Part shown: positions 22,471-31,896 of the stretch, in pieces
Position numbering within the stretch: the stretch's first letter is position 1
Layout: each line of letters begins with the position of its first letter
Translations under genes and position numbers: made by a program
Source: Nitrosococcus oceani ATCC 19707
GTDB lineage: Bacteria > Pseudomonadota > Gammaproteobacteria > Nitrosococcales > Nitrosococcaceae
Assembly: GCF_000012805.1 (NCBI RefSeq)
Contig: NC_007484.1
Coordinates: 930,001 to 962,000, forward strand
DNA length: 32,000 bases
Direction of reading: 5' to 3'
Notes under the pieces: generated by a model
What the model was told of the DNA's origin: nothing
Seen by the model: only the letters and a program-made list of their open reading frames with translations
Database searches by the model: none

Positions 22471-23469
22471 TCACCCGCTAGCCAGGGCTATTTTTCCTGG
22501 AGTTTCTGTTTCTAAATATAGACTGAGAAATTCTGGAATTCTTTCCTCCAACCAATATTGGGGGCGCCATGGCCAGGGACCACCAATAAATCCCACATGT
22601 CCCCCTCCCGTGCTGAGTTCTAATTGGACGCTGGGGGAGAGATCCGAGGCCGAAGGAATAGCATCTTGGGGCAAAAAGGGGTCATCTATGCTGTGTAGAA
22701 GTAAAGTGGGAATTTGGATTTTGCGTAGAAAGGGTCGGCAACTGGAGCGCCGCCAATAGTCATCGGCATCAGCAAATCCATTGAGGGGAGCGGTCACTAA
22801 ATCGTCAAATTCCTTAAATGTCCGGACTCCTTTTAGGGTTCTGAGATCGAAAGGGCAGTCTGGATGGTTAAGTTTATACCGCACGGAACGTTGCAGGGCC
22901 TTTACCAGGGACCACTGATAGGCTTGGGAGAGGCCCTGTTCTAACTGCCAGGCCGCCCGGGCCAGATCGAAGGGAACGGAAATCCCAACCGCGGCCCTGA
23001 GATTTGCCTGGGAGCCGGTTTCACCAAGCCATTTGAGCAGAATGTTGCCCCCCAGGGAATAACCAACCGCTGCTAAAGGGGTAGCGGGTTCCCGCTGGCG
23101 CAGGCTGGAGAGCAGTGTTTGAAAATCCCCCGTATCGCCGGAGTGATAGCTGCGGGTTAGCCGGTTGGGTTCGCCGCTACAACCGCGCAGGTGTAGCAGC
23201 ACTCCGCGCCAGCCCCGCTGGGCAATAGCTTTGAGAATGCCAGAAGCGTAACGGGAGCGATAGGACCCTTCAAGACCATGAATAACGATGACGATAGGGC
23301 CTTTTTCCTTACCGCTCCAAGCGAGATCCACAAAATCCCCATCCGGCAGCTCTAACCGTTCCCACAAAATCTCTATCCGGGAGGGGGGGCGAAAGCGCGA
23401 CCCCCATACCGTTTGAATATGGGGGCCAGGCAGCCACCAGGCGGGCTGAAAATCGCTAAGGACGATCAT
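22471..23469 (-). CDS. Alpha/beta-fold hydrolase, YheT-like
   Basis: Nucleophile elbow GYSLGG, HGLEGS, and D/H in the C-terminal part. The conserved start is MIVLSDFQPAWWLPGPHIQT. The ORF-track extension to 23652 runs into the acs coding region and is rejected. Confidence 0.85.
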   Translation of the reverse strand: MIVLSDFQPAWWLPGPHIQTVWGSRFRPPSRIEILWERLELPDGDFVDLAWSGKEKGPIVIVIHGLEGSYRSRYASGILKAIAQRGWRGVLLHLRGCSGEPNRLTRSYHSGDTGDFQTLLSSLRQREPATPLAAVGYSLGGNILLKWLGETGSQANLRAAVGISVPFDLARAAWQLEQGLSQAYQWSLVKALQRSVRYKLNHPDCPFDLRTLKGVRTFKEFDDLVTAPLNGFADADDYWRRSSCRPFLRKIQIPTLLLHSIDDPFLPQDAIPSASDLSPSVQLELSTGGGHVGFIGGPWPWRPQYWLEERIPEFLSLYLETETPGKIALASG

Positions 23470-23476
23470 GGTCGCG

Positions 23477-25450
23477 CTATGCTTTGCCCTGAAGCTGGGC
23501 GAGAATCGCCTCGCTTTCCAGGGTCGAAGTATCCTGGGTAATTGTTTCACCCTGGGCGATAGTTCGAAGCAAGCGGCGCATGATTTTGCCGGAGCGGGTT
23601 TTCGGCAAGCCATCCACAAACCGGATCTCATCCGGTTTAGCAATAGGTCCAATCTGTTCGGCTACCCAGGCCCGCAACTCTTCAGCCAAGGGGGCGCCTC
23701 CGTCTCCATTTTTAGCGGGGCGGTCGCCTTTCAGAATGACATAAGCCAGGATAGATTCTCCTTTGATAGCGTCAGGGCGGCCCACCACGGCTGCTTCCGC
23801 CACCTTAGGATAAGCCACCAAGGCGGATTCGATTTCCATGGTTCCCAGGCGGTGCCCCGAGACGTTCAAGACATCATCCGCCCGGCCCATAATCCAGAAA
23901 TAGCCATCTTCATCCCGGCGGGCGCTGTCACCGGCAACATAGTATTTGCCGTCGAATTTGCGCCAATAGGTTTCGTAGTAGCGTTGATCATCCCCCCAAA
24001 TAGTGCGAAGCATGGCGGGCCAGGGCCGGGTAATGACCAGATACCCACCCCGATCAGCCGTGGTAATGGATTCTCCTTTCTCATCCACCACCGCGGCACT
24101 TATGCCCGGCAGAGGGAGCGTACAGGAGCCGGGTTTAGTGGGAATAGCGCCAGGAATCGGGGAGATCATGTGGACTCCCGTCTCTGTTTGCCACCATGTA
24201 TCGACAATGGGGCAGCGCTCGTTGCCGATAATGCGGTAATACCACATCCAGGCTTCCGGATTGATGGGTTCCCCGACGGTGCCTAGCAGTCTTAGTTGGG
24301 ATAAGTCATAGCTGGCGGGGAGATCATCTCCCCATTTCATTAAGGCGCGGATCGCCGTGGGGGCAGTGTAGAAAATAGTTACCTTATGATCTTGGCAGAG
24401 TTTCCAAAAGCGGCCAGGATCGGGAAAAGTGGGGACTCCTTCATACATGACCATGGTGGCGCCTACCGCAAGCGGCCCATAGGTCGTATAACTATGGCCC
24501 GTCACCCAACCCACATCGGCGGTGCACCAGAAGATATCTTCATCGCGAATATCAAAGACCCACTTCATGGTGGTAGCGGTGCCAAGTAAATAACCGGCAC
24601 TGGCATGCTGGATGCCCTTGGGTTTACCCGTAGAGCCGGAAGTGTACAGCAGGAATAGGGGATGCTCGGCGTTTACCCATACTGGCTCACAATGGCTATC
24701 CGCCTTGGCCTCGATTTGATGCCACCATAGATCGCGCCCGCCGGTCATGGCGATTTCGTGGCCCGTGTGTTGTAGGACAATAACACGTTGAATACTTACG
24801 CAGCCTCCTTGCAAGGCGCGGTCAGCGGCGGCTTTGAGTTGGATGATGCGCCCGCCCCGGTAGCCGCCATCGGCGGTAATGAGCAGTTTTGCCTCGGCAT
24901 CCTCGATGCGGCCTTTTAGGGATTCAGCGGAGAAGCCGCCAAATACCACTGAATGAATAGCGCCAATACGGGCGCAAGCCTGCATGGCAATGACCGCTTC
25001 GGGGACCATGGGCAGATAGATAACGACCCGGTCGCCTGGGACAATACCTTGTTCTTTAAGGACGTTAGCGAAGCGGCAAACCCGCTGGTGCAATTGGCGA
25101 TAGGTTAGGGTTGTGACCTCCCCCCGTTCCCCCTCAAAAATGATGGCCGCCTTATCGGCCTTTCCTTTCAAATGCCGGTCTAAGCAATTGAAAGAGACAT
25201 TTAGCTCACCCTCGGTAAACCACCGATAATAAGGGGGGTTAGTGTCGTCCAGGACCGTTTCAAAGGGTTTATGCCAAGTGAGTTCCGCCTTTGCCTGATC
25301 TGACCAAAAACCTTCGAAATTCTCGTCTGCGGCTTGGACCAAGGAATCGAAGGCGGCCCTATCGGGAATACGGGCTTTGGCGGAAAATTCAGCTGGAGGG
25401 GAAAAAAGGCGTTCTTCACATAAAGTGGACTCAATATTTTTGTCATTCAT
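23477..25450 (-). CDS. acs: Acetyl-CoA synthetase (AMP-forming)
   Basis: 657 aa. Motifs [18 protein letters not shown] and [14 protein letters not shown]. Confidence 0.97.
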   Translation of the reverse strand: MNDKNIESTLCEERLFSPPAEFSAKARIPDRAAFDSLVQAADENFEGFWSDQAKAELTWHKPFETVLDDTNPPYYRWFTEGELNVSFNCLDRHLKGKADKAAIIFEGERGEVTTLTYRQLHQRVCRFANVLKEQGIVPGDRVVIYLPMVPEAVIAMQACARIGAIHSVVFGGFSAESLKGRIEDAEAKLLITADGGYRGGRIIQLKAAADRALQGGCVSIQRVIVLQHTGHEIAMTGGRDLWWHQIEAKADSHCEPVWVNAEHPLFLLYTSGSTGKPKGIQHASAGYLLGTATTMKWVFDIRDEDIFWCTADVGWVTGHSYTTYGPLAVGATMVMYEGVPTFPDPGRFWKLCQDHKVTIFYTAPTAIRALMKWGDDLPASYDLSQLRLLGTVGEPINPEAWMWYYRIIGNERCPIVDTWWQTETGVHMISPIPGAIPTKPGSCTLPLPGISAAVVDEKGESITTADRGGYLVITRPWPAMLRTIWGDDQRYYETYWRKFDGKYYVAGDSARRDEDGYFWIMGRADDVLNVSGHRLGTMEIESALVAYPKVAEAAVVGRPDAIKGESILAYVILKGDRPAKNGDGGAPLAEELRAWVAEQIGPIAKPDEIRFVDGLPKTRSGKIMRRLLRTIAQGETITQDTSTLESEAILAQLQGKA

Positions 25451-25646
25451 AATCTTTTCCTGGCGCGGTAACTTATTGATTTGTAGATATAAGGAGCACC
25501 TGTTAGTAAAATAGATTTTTTGCCAAAGCGCAAGGCGCTTGCCGTGCAGATTGTTTTGGAGCGGCTTTGATCTGACCTTAATCCCCCGGTACAGTAAAGT
25601 ACCAGAGAATTATAGATGCAAACCTTGAACTTTAGAGGGAAATTCT

Positions 25647-25877
25647 TTGATCTTTCATTCTACCAAGGATGAGAAGCTCAGATGGGAGACCGCCCAACGC
25701 TTATTCAAGCGTGACTGTGCCAAATTTACGCCCCGGTGGGAGCAGGCGCTTAGGTACGGGCACACAAGAATGAGTTGGGGTAAGTTGGTAGATGGACTAG
25801 ACGTACCGTGGGATTGCATTATTGAGGTGGTGGCTCGGGGGGGTTACCGCAATATAGAAGAGGGCGCACTATCATGA
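25647..25877 (+). CDS. Hypothetical 76-aa ORF with TTG start; weak call
   Basis: This is the only ORF in the acs-to-DUF262 gap. No Shine-Dalgarno sequence and no family were recognised. Confidence 0.2.
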   Translation: MIFHSTKDEKLRWETAQRLFKRDCAKFTPRWEQALRYGHTRMSWGKLVDGLDVPWDCIIEVVARGGYRNIEEGALS

Positions 25878-26024
25878 TATTCGCCAGGTGCCGCGCTACT
25901 GTTACTTAGGTAGTATCGCTGGCAAGCTCCAGCTATTTGAAGGAGCCTTCCGGAGCGTTTTTGCGGAGGTGGATAATTCCACCCCAGGTTCTTAATGACA
26001 TTTACGTTCCTTAGTACCACTCTA

Positions 26025-27693
26025 TTATTGTAATAGGTATTGAAATTTTTCTAAAATCAGCCGCTTTCTCGCTTCAATAAAGTCTTCAAAACGATCCAAT
26101 TCCCATAAAGTCTTATCCTTGGGAATGAGATGGAGGTCTAGATATTCATCGTCTTTATCTCTAAACCACTGCATTGGTAAAGCATCGCTTTTGCCTCCTG
26201 CACCATTTTCTTGGGTTCTCAATAACATACAGTTTGCAATTTGGTCACGGAAGCCTGTTTTATAGCGCAATATATTTCTCCGCCCCGTTTCAGGATTTTC
26301 GTCTTTCACTGTCTTCAGCAATGATTGTGGGAATATATGGTCCACTTGGGGTAAATTGTTTTCATATGCCGGTTGGTAGTTAAAATCCCGGTACCAGAGA
26401 TTGAACAACAGGTGAATATCCTTTGAGCTGTAGCGAGTATTTAAAATAGTGTCACGAGTTACTTCAAGACTACGCCCATCTGCACGGATAACACCGAATA
26501 ACTCTGTGACATCAAAATCAGAAATTTCATCGATACGCCTAGTACATTTATCAATCAGAGTATCCGGTCTCCCACCAAAGGAACCAGTGAGGAGAGTCTG
26601 TAGAATATAACTATCTAAGTTACTAATATTTCCCCATTTTCCAGGAAATTTAAACCTAAAATAAATAATAGGTATCAGACCTAGGTAAGAGGGTAAAGCT
26701 CGGTCTGTGCGAATAAAGGTTTTCCCTTGTAAAAAATCTTTTACATCGCTAATAGCGGCCGATATTTCATCCCAGCGTTCAATAATGGCCTCTCTTGTTC
26801 TACCATCGCGAAATTTTGCAATATCATAGCTAGCGCCTTTACCTAACAGGGTCAGGCAGGTTTTTAGGACAAAGTCACGGGTGAAGTGATAACCAGGCCG
26901 GTTTAATTCATCAAGCAATTCCTCCATACGTTCATCCGAATCTTCCCAACTGGAGGTTAGAAGAGAGAATAGTAGATCGGATTTACCTAGCTTGGTCCCA
27001 CCAGAATTGGCGCGAATAAAGATCTCAACGATATCATTTTCCGTATAGGCATCTGGATTATCGACACTATCCAGCTCTTGATAGCTTAATGCCTCATGCT
27101 GTACAAACATCTGGATTGCCTTCCAGACATTCTCAGTAGTTCTGGCTATGTCATTATCACTTAATTCTCTATCTGCTTTTGCAATCACTTCATCAGCAAG
27201 TCTATTAGGCATGCCGTTATAGAAAACGATCTCCTTGAAACAAATCCAAGGAAATACGGCTTTGTAATTGCTAAGAAAGCGAAAACGATAACGAACATCT
27301 TCCGGTGCGGCCGATTCGCCACTTAAAATATCAAAGTAAAGTTCCTTCTTTTCATAACTACCTTTAAGCCCGATGAACAAGCTTTGCAAGCGTTGTTGCC
27401 CATCTAAAATAAGCATTTTGGCTTTAATTATTTTCAGGCACATAAAAATCGGTCAAACGTAAACCCTGCTTGTAGTTATCAACAAATTTGCGATGCCGAA
27501 TCTCCGCCTTAGTACGCCACACTAATAAGGTGCTTATAGGATATTCCCGCATGATTGAATCAAATAACCTTTCGATTTGATCTTCTGACCAAACAAAGGG
27601 ACGTTGAATGTTGGGTAGCCAATAACCACCGTCTTTCTCGTCATTATTCAAGTACGAGACCATCTTTCTGATCGATTCTTTCTGATTCTTCAT
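26025..27693 (-). pseudogene. DUF262/DUF1524 (GmrSD-like) nuclease gene, split by a +1 frame disruption near 27424-27443
   Basis: The 89-aa ORF carries the DUF262 N-terminal motif LPNIQRPFVW. The 472-aa ORF begins with the next motif of the same domain, LILDGQQRL. It ends with the DUF1524 His-Me finger, VDHIFPQS...NCMLLRTQENGAGGKSD. The two ORFs overlap by 20 nt in different frames. The region is visibly AT-rich. Confidence 0.8.
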
Positions 27694-27834
27694 TTTTTCT
27701 TATTTCCTTTATAGCCTAGCCATTGTGTGGTTATATTCATCTCCTAGGTGCTTCGATTAACAAAGTTTACTTTGGCCGCTCATTTTAGGTGGAGCTATCT
27801 TGCTAGAATTTGTTATTTAATCACCAAGATTATC

Positions 27835-28267
27835 GGCTAGCTTAGGGGGAGTCTTTAAAGGGTATCAGTGGCAAAAAGGATTAGATTAGGCAGCAATATC
27901 TTAATACAAGTAAGGCGGCCGCCGGTTGAGTCCTCCTTGTAGTCTTGGCGAAGCTGAAGTGAAGCTAGCGGGCGAAGGTGTTTCTGAACTGTAAGCTAAT
28001 TATGGTCCTAGTTGCTGAGTGTATTTCGTACGATATGATAAACGATAACGGCATTATTGGCTGGTGGTGACAAGTGTATCCTAGGTACAAGTATCCAAAC
28101 TACGTAAGATTTAGTACTTAAAACGGGATGCGCTTCGCATTCCCGCATTGCCTTACGGAGGCTAGTTCGGCTAGTTTTGAGCTTGGGAAGTAGAGTGATG
28201 GATTGGTTATAAAAATTTCGACACAGGCTCAGCGCTAGTAGGCTAGCTTAATCCAAGTCAAGGCTAG
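27835..28267 (+). repeat. Cluster of five same-strand GGCTAG(C/T)T motifs, plus further GCTAG/CTAG sites
   Basis: GGCTAG occurs at 27835, 28160, 28169, 28241 and 28262. GCTAG also occurs at about 27802, 27964, 28233 and 28386. Confidence 0.5.
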
Positions 28268-28360
28268 TCTTTTATCCTTGAAGGATTTATTAACTGGCTT
28301 ATGTCCCTTTAACCTGATCTGTACCTGATAGGAGTTACCTCTCTTTCTAATTGTAGTCAT
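28235..28360 (-). pseudogene. Tyrosine-recombinase (phage integrase) N-terminal stub of 41 codons
   Basis: MTTIRKRGNSYQVQIRLKGHKPVNKSFKDKRLALTWI resembles the arm-binding N-terminus of tRNA-associated island integrases. It is truncated by a stop, and no catalytic domain was recognised downstream. It lies 120 nt from the 3' end of tRNA-Arg. Confidence 0.55.
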
Positions 28361-28480
28361 AGTGTTTCTTACCTCTGTATTAGCAGCTAGCGAAGCTGTT
28401 TTTTTGTGACAGAGATAGATAACCATGCTAATTGTAGGGATATAAATATATAATGATTACTAATCAAATCATATATTTAA

Positions 28481-28557
28481 ATGGCGCCCCGGATACGATT
28501 CGAACGTATGACCTTCCCCTTAGGAGGGGGATGCTCTATCCAGCTGAGCTACCGGGG
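28481..28557 (-). tRNA. tRNA-Arg (anticodon CCT), CCA encoded
   Basis: Manual cloverleaf: acceptor GCCCCGG/CCGGGGC, D stem GCTC/GAGC, anticodon stem TCCCC/GGGGA with loop CTCCTAA, T stem ATACG/CGTAT with loop TTCGAAT, discriminator G, then CCA. Total 77 nt. Confidence 0.9.
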
Positions 28558-28909
28558 CAGAGATAATATTGTTGAGAGCTAAGTAGGGTTTGTGGGCTCT
28601 GCCATTTTCATGGGTGAATGAAGCCCCAATTTAACATATTCCCGCTCTTTATCGTGGAAGGGCAAATTTGCCTATGCATCTGGCAAATAGTGGCGCACAT
28701 TTTACCCTATGAGACTTGGGGAGTGAAGGGGGGGGTTAGATTTATATTTAGGCATGTCTACCCGGTTATCCATGCAGGAAGAGGGGCAAATTTTCGCAAA
28801 GCGGTGGATGTATCTAAGCTCCGGCGGATTACTCTAGTCACTATACGCCCTTTTTATACGCGCATTTGCTAAGAGTGGTTGAACTGCGTAATTATAGCTA
28901 AATCTATAA

Positions 28910-29434
28910 TTACTGATACGCTGCAACGATATTCTCAAGGGTTTCATGTTCGTTGTATTCTCTGATTTTTTTGATATTTCCGAAGTCTTTTTCTATGGGG
29001 TTAAAGTCAGGGGAATAAGGGGGGAGGAATAAAATTCCCGCCCCTGTTTTTTTGATGATTTCACGTGAAGAAACGGCTTTGTGGAACGGAGCATTATCCA
29101 TGATGACAATGTGGTTGCTGTTGAGCAAGGGGCAAAGCTCTTTTTCCAGCCATGCATTGAACACAGCCGTGTTACAGGTTCCCTCAAATAGAAACGGCGC
29201 TTCAAAGCCTTCATCCATACGGGCGGCCAATAAAGAGGTTCGCGGTCTGCGATGACCGGAGATCAGACCATAAACACGCCGCCCCTTTGGAGCGTAAGCG
29301 TAACGACGGGAAACCTCCGGCTCAAAACCGCTTTCATCAAGATAGACAAATCTTTTGCCGCGGCGGCGATAGCGTTCACGAAGGCGAAGAAAGCTCTTTC
29401 TTTTCATATTACAGCGCTGCGTGTACCCCGTCAT
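28910..29434 (-). CDS. IS630-family transposase orfB (DDE part), copy 2
   Basis: Translation identical to 12554-13078. Confidence 0.85.
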   Translation of the reverse strand: MTGYTQRCNMKRKSFLRLRERYRRRGKRFVYLDESGFEPEVSRRYAYAPKGRRVYGLISGHRRPRTSLLAARMDEGFEAPFLFEGTCNTAVFNAWLEKELCPLLNSNHIVIMDNAPFHKAVSSREIIKKTGAGILFLPPYSPDFNPIEKDFGNIKKIREYNEHETLENIVAAYQ

Positions 29435-29744
29435 TTTTTTTACGGGTTAACCCCATTTTGTGCATCGCATGCCAAATACAGTAATACGAAACGCCAAAAT
29501 GCCGGGCGCGTTCTTTATAGGTGAGAGCAGCCTTGTCTTCCACATGGACCCGTAAAGCCTCCCAGTCCAGCTTGTGTGAACGGCGAGGGCCGGGACGCTC
29601 GTAACACAGCGCATCATCCTGCGACAACCAGCGATAAATGCTCGCGCGGCCTACCTGAAATCTCCGGGCCGCTTCCGCCTTGCTTCCACCGCCCCTTACA
29701 AAATCGATTACTCGTTTGCGCAAATCAATTGAACATCTCATCAC
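29409..29744 (-). CDS. IS630-family transposase orfA (HTH part), copy 2
   Basis: Translation identical to 13053-13388. Confidence 0.85.
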   Translation of the reverse strand: MMRCSIDLRKRVIDFVRGGGSKAEAARRFQVGRASIYRWLSQDDALCYERPGPRRSHKLDWEALRVHVEDKAALTYKERARHFGVSYYCIWHAMHKMGLTRKKNDGVHAAL

Positions 29745-30123
29745 AACAGTATGAATGAATATAACACAAATGTCTCAATATTTATAAATTTAGATATACA
29801 ACTTTCTTCCCGGTAAAATCCTTATGGAGAGGCTTAGGAATATAATGGCAGGTATCGTGCTGAGATCAAAATTTATTCGGGGTGGTGGTAGATGTTTAAG
29901 GTTTTTAAATCCCTTGACATTTATAGGTATTTAGGTGCTTACTATAGGCCTGCGTAAACGGAGATGAAAAAAAACGGGAAGACCACATACACTGTTTCCT
30001 TGCTGATGTGGTTTCCCGCGTCTGCGATATAAAAATAAAAATAAGAGGCTTCGGTTGCCAGGGCTTTGGAAGCGCCTCGGGGCCGCCTTTCTGGCAAGCG
30101 AAAGCTTTTGCTAAACTAAATAG

Positions 30124-30154
30124 ACCACGCTCTTAGAGCGTGGTTCCTTTTTTT
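30124..30154 (+). terminator. Rho-independent terminator with no upstream ORF of 60 aa or more
   Basis: 9-bp stem ACCACGCTC / GAGCGTGGT with loop TTA, then TCC and a T7 run at 30148-30154. Confidence 0.6.
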
Positions 30155-30513
30155 ATAACGAAAAATAAGCTTTTTATCAAAATATGCAATAAAAACGAGA
30201 TATCGTGTGAAATTGTCTTGCCTCCTTGGCTAGGAGCGATGAAAACCCGCCCTTGTAGTCTATCATCAAAGAGAATAATTTAAGATTTTGTACCGAAAGG
30301 CAGCTGGCCTGCATTTTTTAGTGGGAGGCAGGAACTCCTAGCTACGAGCATTAGGTAGGTGAAGGGTACGTCTGAGTCGTTAAACTCTTTGCAGGGAACT
30401 TAGCCGAATTTATGCTTATTATCTCTTGATTTTAAGATAAAAATTGCTAAAAATTCCTTAATCTTCCTCCCCGGTAAATTCATGTTGATAACCTATCGAA
30501 AGGAGAATATGCT

Positions 30514-31113
30514 GTGAGCGTACTAGTTACACAAGTTGCCCCTGATTTTTCTGCTCCTGCCGTGATGGCTGATGGTACCATTAAAGAAAATTTCCGTCTT
30601 TCTGATGCGCGCGGTCAATATGTCGTCCTCTTCTTCTATCCTCTGGATTTTACTTTTGTTTGCCCTTCGGAAATCCTGGCCCATAACAACCGTTTGGAAG
30701 ACTTTAAAGAGCGCGGTGTAGAGGTCATTGGTGTTTCTGTCGACTCCCAGTATAGCCATTATGCCTGGCGTAATACGCCGGTAGTAGATGGTGGGATTGG
30801 CGCCATTGGATTCCCGCTGGTAGCCGATTTAAGCCACGATATTACCCGCGCTTATGGGGTTGAGCACCCTGATGGCGTAGCCCTGCGCGCTTCCTTTCTA
30901 ATTGATAAAAATGGCGTGGTCCAGCATCAGGTTGTCAATAACCTTCCCCTTGGCCGTGACGTAGAAGAAATGCTGCGCGTGGTAGATGCTTTACAATTTA
31001 CGGAAGAGCATGGCGAGGTATGCCCAGCAGGGTGGCGCAAGGGAGAAGAAGCTATCCGTCCTGATGCCGAGGGGGTGGCCGAATATTTGAGCAAACACGC
31101 AAGCGCCCTATAG
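30514..31113 (+). CDS. Typical 2-Cys peroxiredoxin (AhpC/Prx1 family)
   Basis: Peroxidatic Cys in DFTFVCPSE and resolving Cys in EVCPAGW. GTG start with an AGGAG Shine-Dalgarno sequence 8 nt upstream. 199 aa. Confidence 0.93.
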   Translation: MSVLVTQVAPDFSAPAVMADGTIKENFRLSDARGQYVVLFFYPLDFTFVCPSEILAHNNRLEDFKERGVEVIGVSVDSQYSHYAWRNTPVVDGGIGAIGFPLVADLSHDITRAYGVEHPDGVALRASFLIDKNGVVQHQVVNNLPLGRDVEEMLRVVDALQFTEEHGEVCPAGWRKGEEAIRPDAEGVAEYLSKHASAL

Positions 31114-31204
31114 TGTTGCTATAGGGATAGAGAAGTTTATATTTTATTTTGATTGCTGGGAGGAACTCTACGAATTTGCTTAGGCAGGTTTTGGGCGTTT
31201 TGGG

Positions 31205-31230
31205 GTGCCCCGTCTTTTTGGACGGGGCAC
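31205..31230. terminator. GC-rich hairpin between the convergent peroxiredoxin and dksA genes; possible shared terminator
   Basis: 10-bp stem GTGCCCCGTC / GACGGGGCAC with loop TTTTTG. There is no clear U-tract on either strand. Confidence 0.35.
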
Positions 31231-31240
31231 AGATTTCTAA

Positions 31241-31678
31241 TCAGGCCCGTTGTTTCTCCTTGATTTCGTCTAGTGTTTTGCAATCAATACAGAGGGTAGC
31301 TGTGGGACGGGCCTCAAGGCGCCGAATGCCAATTTCGGCCCCACAGCCATCGCAGTATCCGTAATCGCCCTTATCAAGGCTCCGTAGGCGTTCATTAATC
31401 TTTCCGATAAGCTTACGTTCCCGATCCCTAGCGCGTAGCGCTAACGTAAATTCTTCTTCCTGCGAGGCACGATCGCTGGGATCGGGGAAATTTGCAGCCT
31501 CATCCTGCATCTGGTGAACAGTCCGATCAACCTCTTCCATAAGCCGCTGCCTCCAGTTCAGCAAGAGTTCTTGAAAATGCTCAATCTGCGCTTCGCTCAT
31601 GTATTCTTCCCCCTTTTTTTGTTGATAGGGGGTAAATTCTTGGAGAGATTGCACCAGATTCCTGTCATTAATGGCCAT
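31241..31678 (-). CDS. dksA: RNA polymerase-binding transcription factor DksA
   Basis: Coiled-coil region followed by a C4 zinc finger, CDGCGAEIGIRRLEARPTATLCIDC. ATG at 31678 has an AAGGAG Shine-Dalgarno sequence 7 nt upstream. The ORF-track extension to 31768 is rejected. Confidence 0.92.
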   Translation of the reverse strand: MAINDRNLVQSLQEFTPYQQKKGEEYMSEAQIEHFQELLLNWRQRLMEEVDRTVHQMQDEAANFPDPSDRASQEEEFTLALRARDRERKLIGKINERLRSLDKGDYGYCDGCGAEIGIRRLEARPTATLCIDCKTLDEIKEKQRA

Positions 31679-31896
31679 ATTTTGGCTCCTTAAGTACGAC
31701 AAAAAATAGTCGCGGATATATACCAGAACCTTTTTGAAAGCACAATAAACGCTTGTCCCTATTGACAACTACTTGGTTTTTCGGATTGAAAATCCGTCTG
31801 ATTTTATCATAATAAAAAAGTATATGTTCACGCTTTTTAATGAGCTTGCTCCATCCTTAAGGGAAACGAGTTAATATTATTTGTTTGGAATGAGGA

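Larger units (their letters stand above)
28895..29796 (-). mobile_element. IS630-family insertion sequence, copy 2 (902 bp), same orientation as copy 1
   Basis: Offset from copy 1 is exactly 16356 bp. Ends and ORF translations are the same. TA duplications lie at 28893-28894 and 29797-29798. Confidence 0.92.

Noticed and set aside
23468-24286. 272-aa plus-strand ORF, along with other 60-170-aa ORFs lying antisense to or nested in acs, the receptor gene, gdhA, hspQ/mazG and others.
   Set aside because: They lie entirely inside strongly supported genes on the opposite strand or in another frame. They have low-complexity, Arg/Gly/Pro-rich translations and no recognisable motifs or ribosome-binding sites. 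These are typical shadow ORFs.
25575-25600. CCCCGGTAC string considered as a partial direct repeat of the tRNA-Arg 3' end (distal att site of the islet).
   Set aside because: Only about 9 of 12 positions match, and that needs a gap. This is not distinguishable from chance. A proper alignment search would be needed.
28618-28872. 84-aa plus-strand ORF between tRNA-Arg and IS copy 2.
   Set aside because: It has no Shine-Dalgarno sequence and no recognisable motifs. It lies in the probable tRNA promoter/upstream region, and the translation looks random.
29964-30032. 22-codon ORF (MKKNGKTTYTVSLLMWFPASAI) inside the structured orphan region, considered as a possible small toxin or leader peptide.
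   Set aside because: The GGAG abuts the ATG with zero spacing. The hydrophobic stretch is too short for a membrane helix. The ORF coincides with the 13-bp hairpin, which by itself explains the sequence constraint. It is kept only as part of the sRNA-candidate finding.
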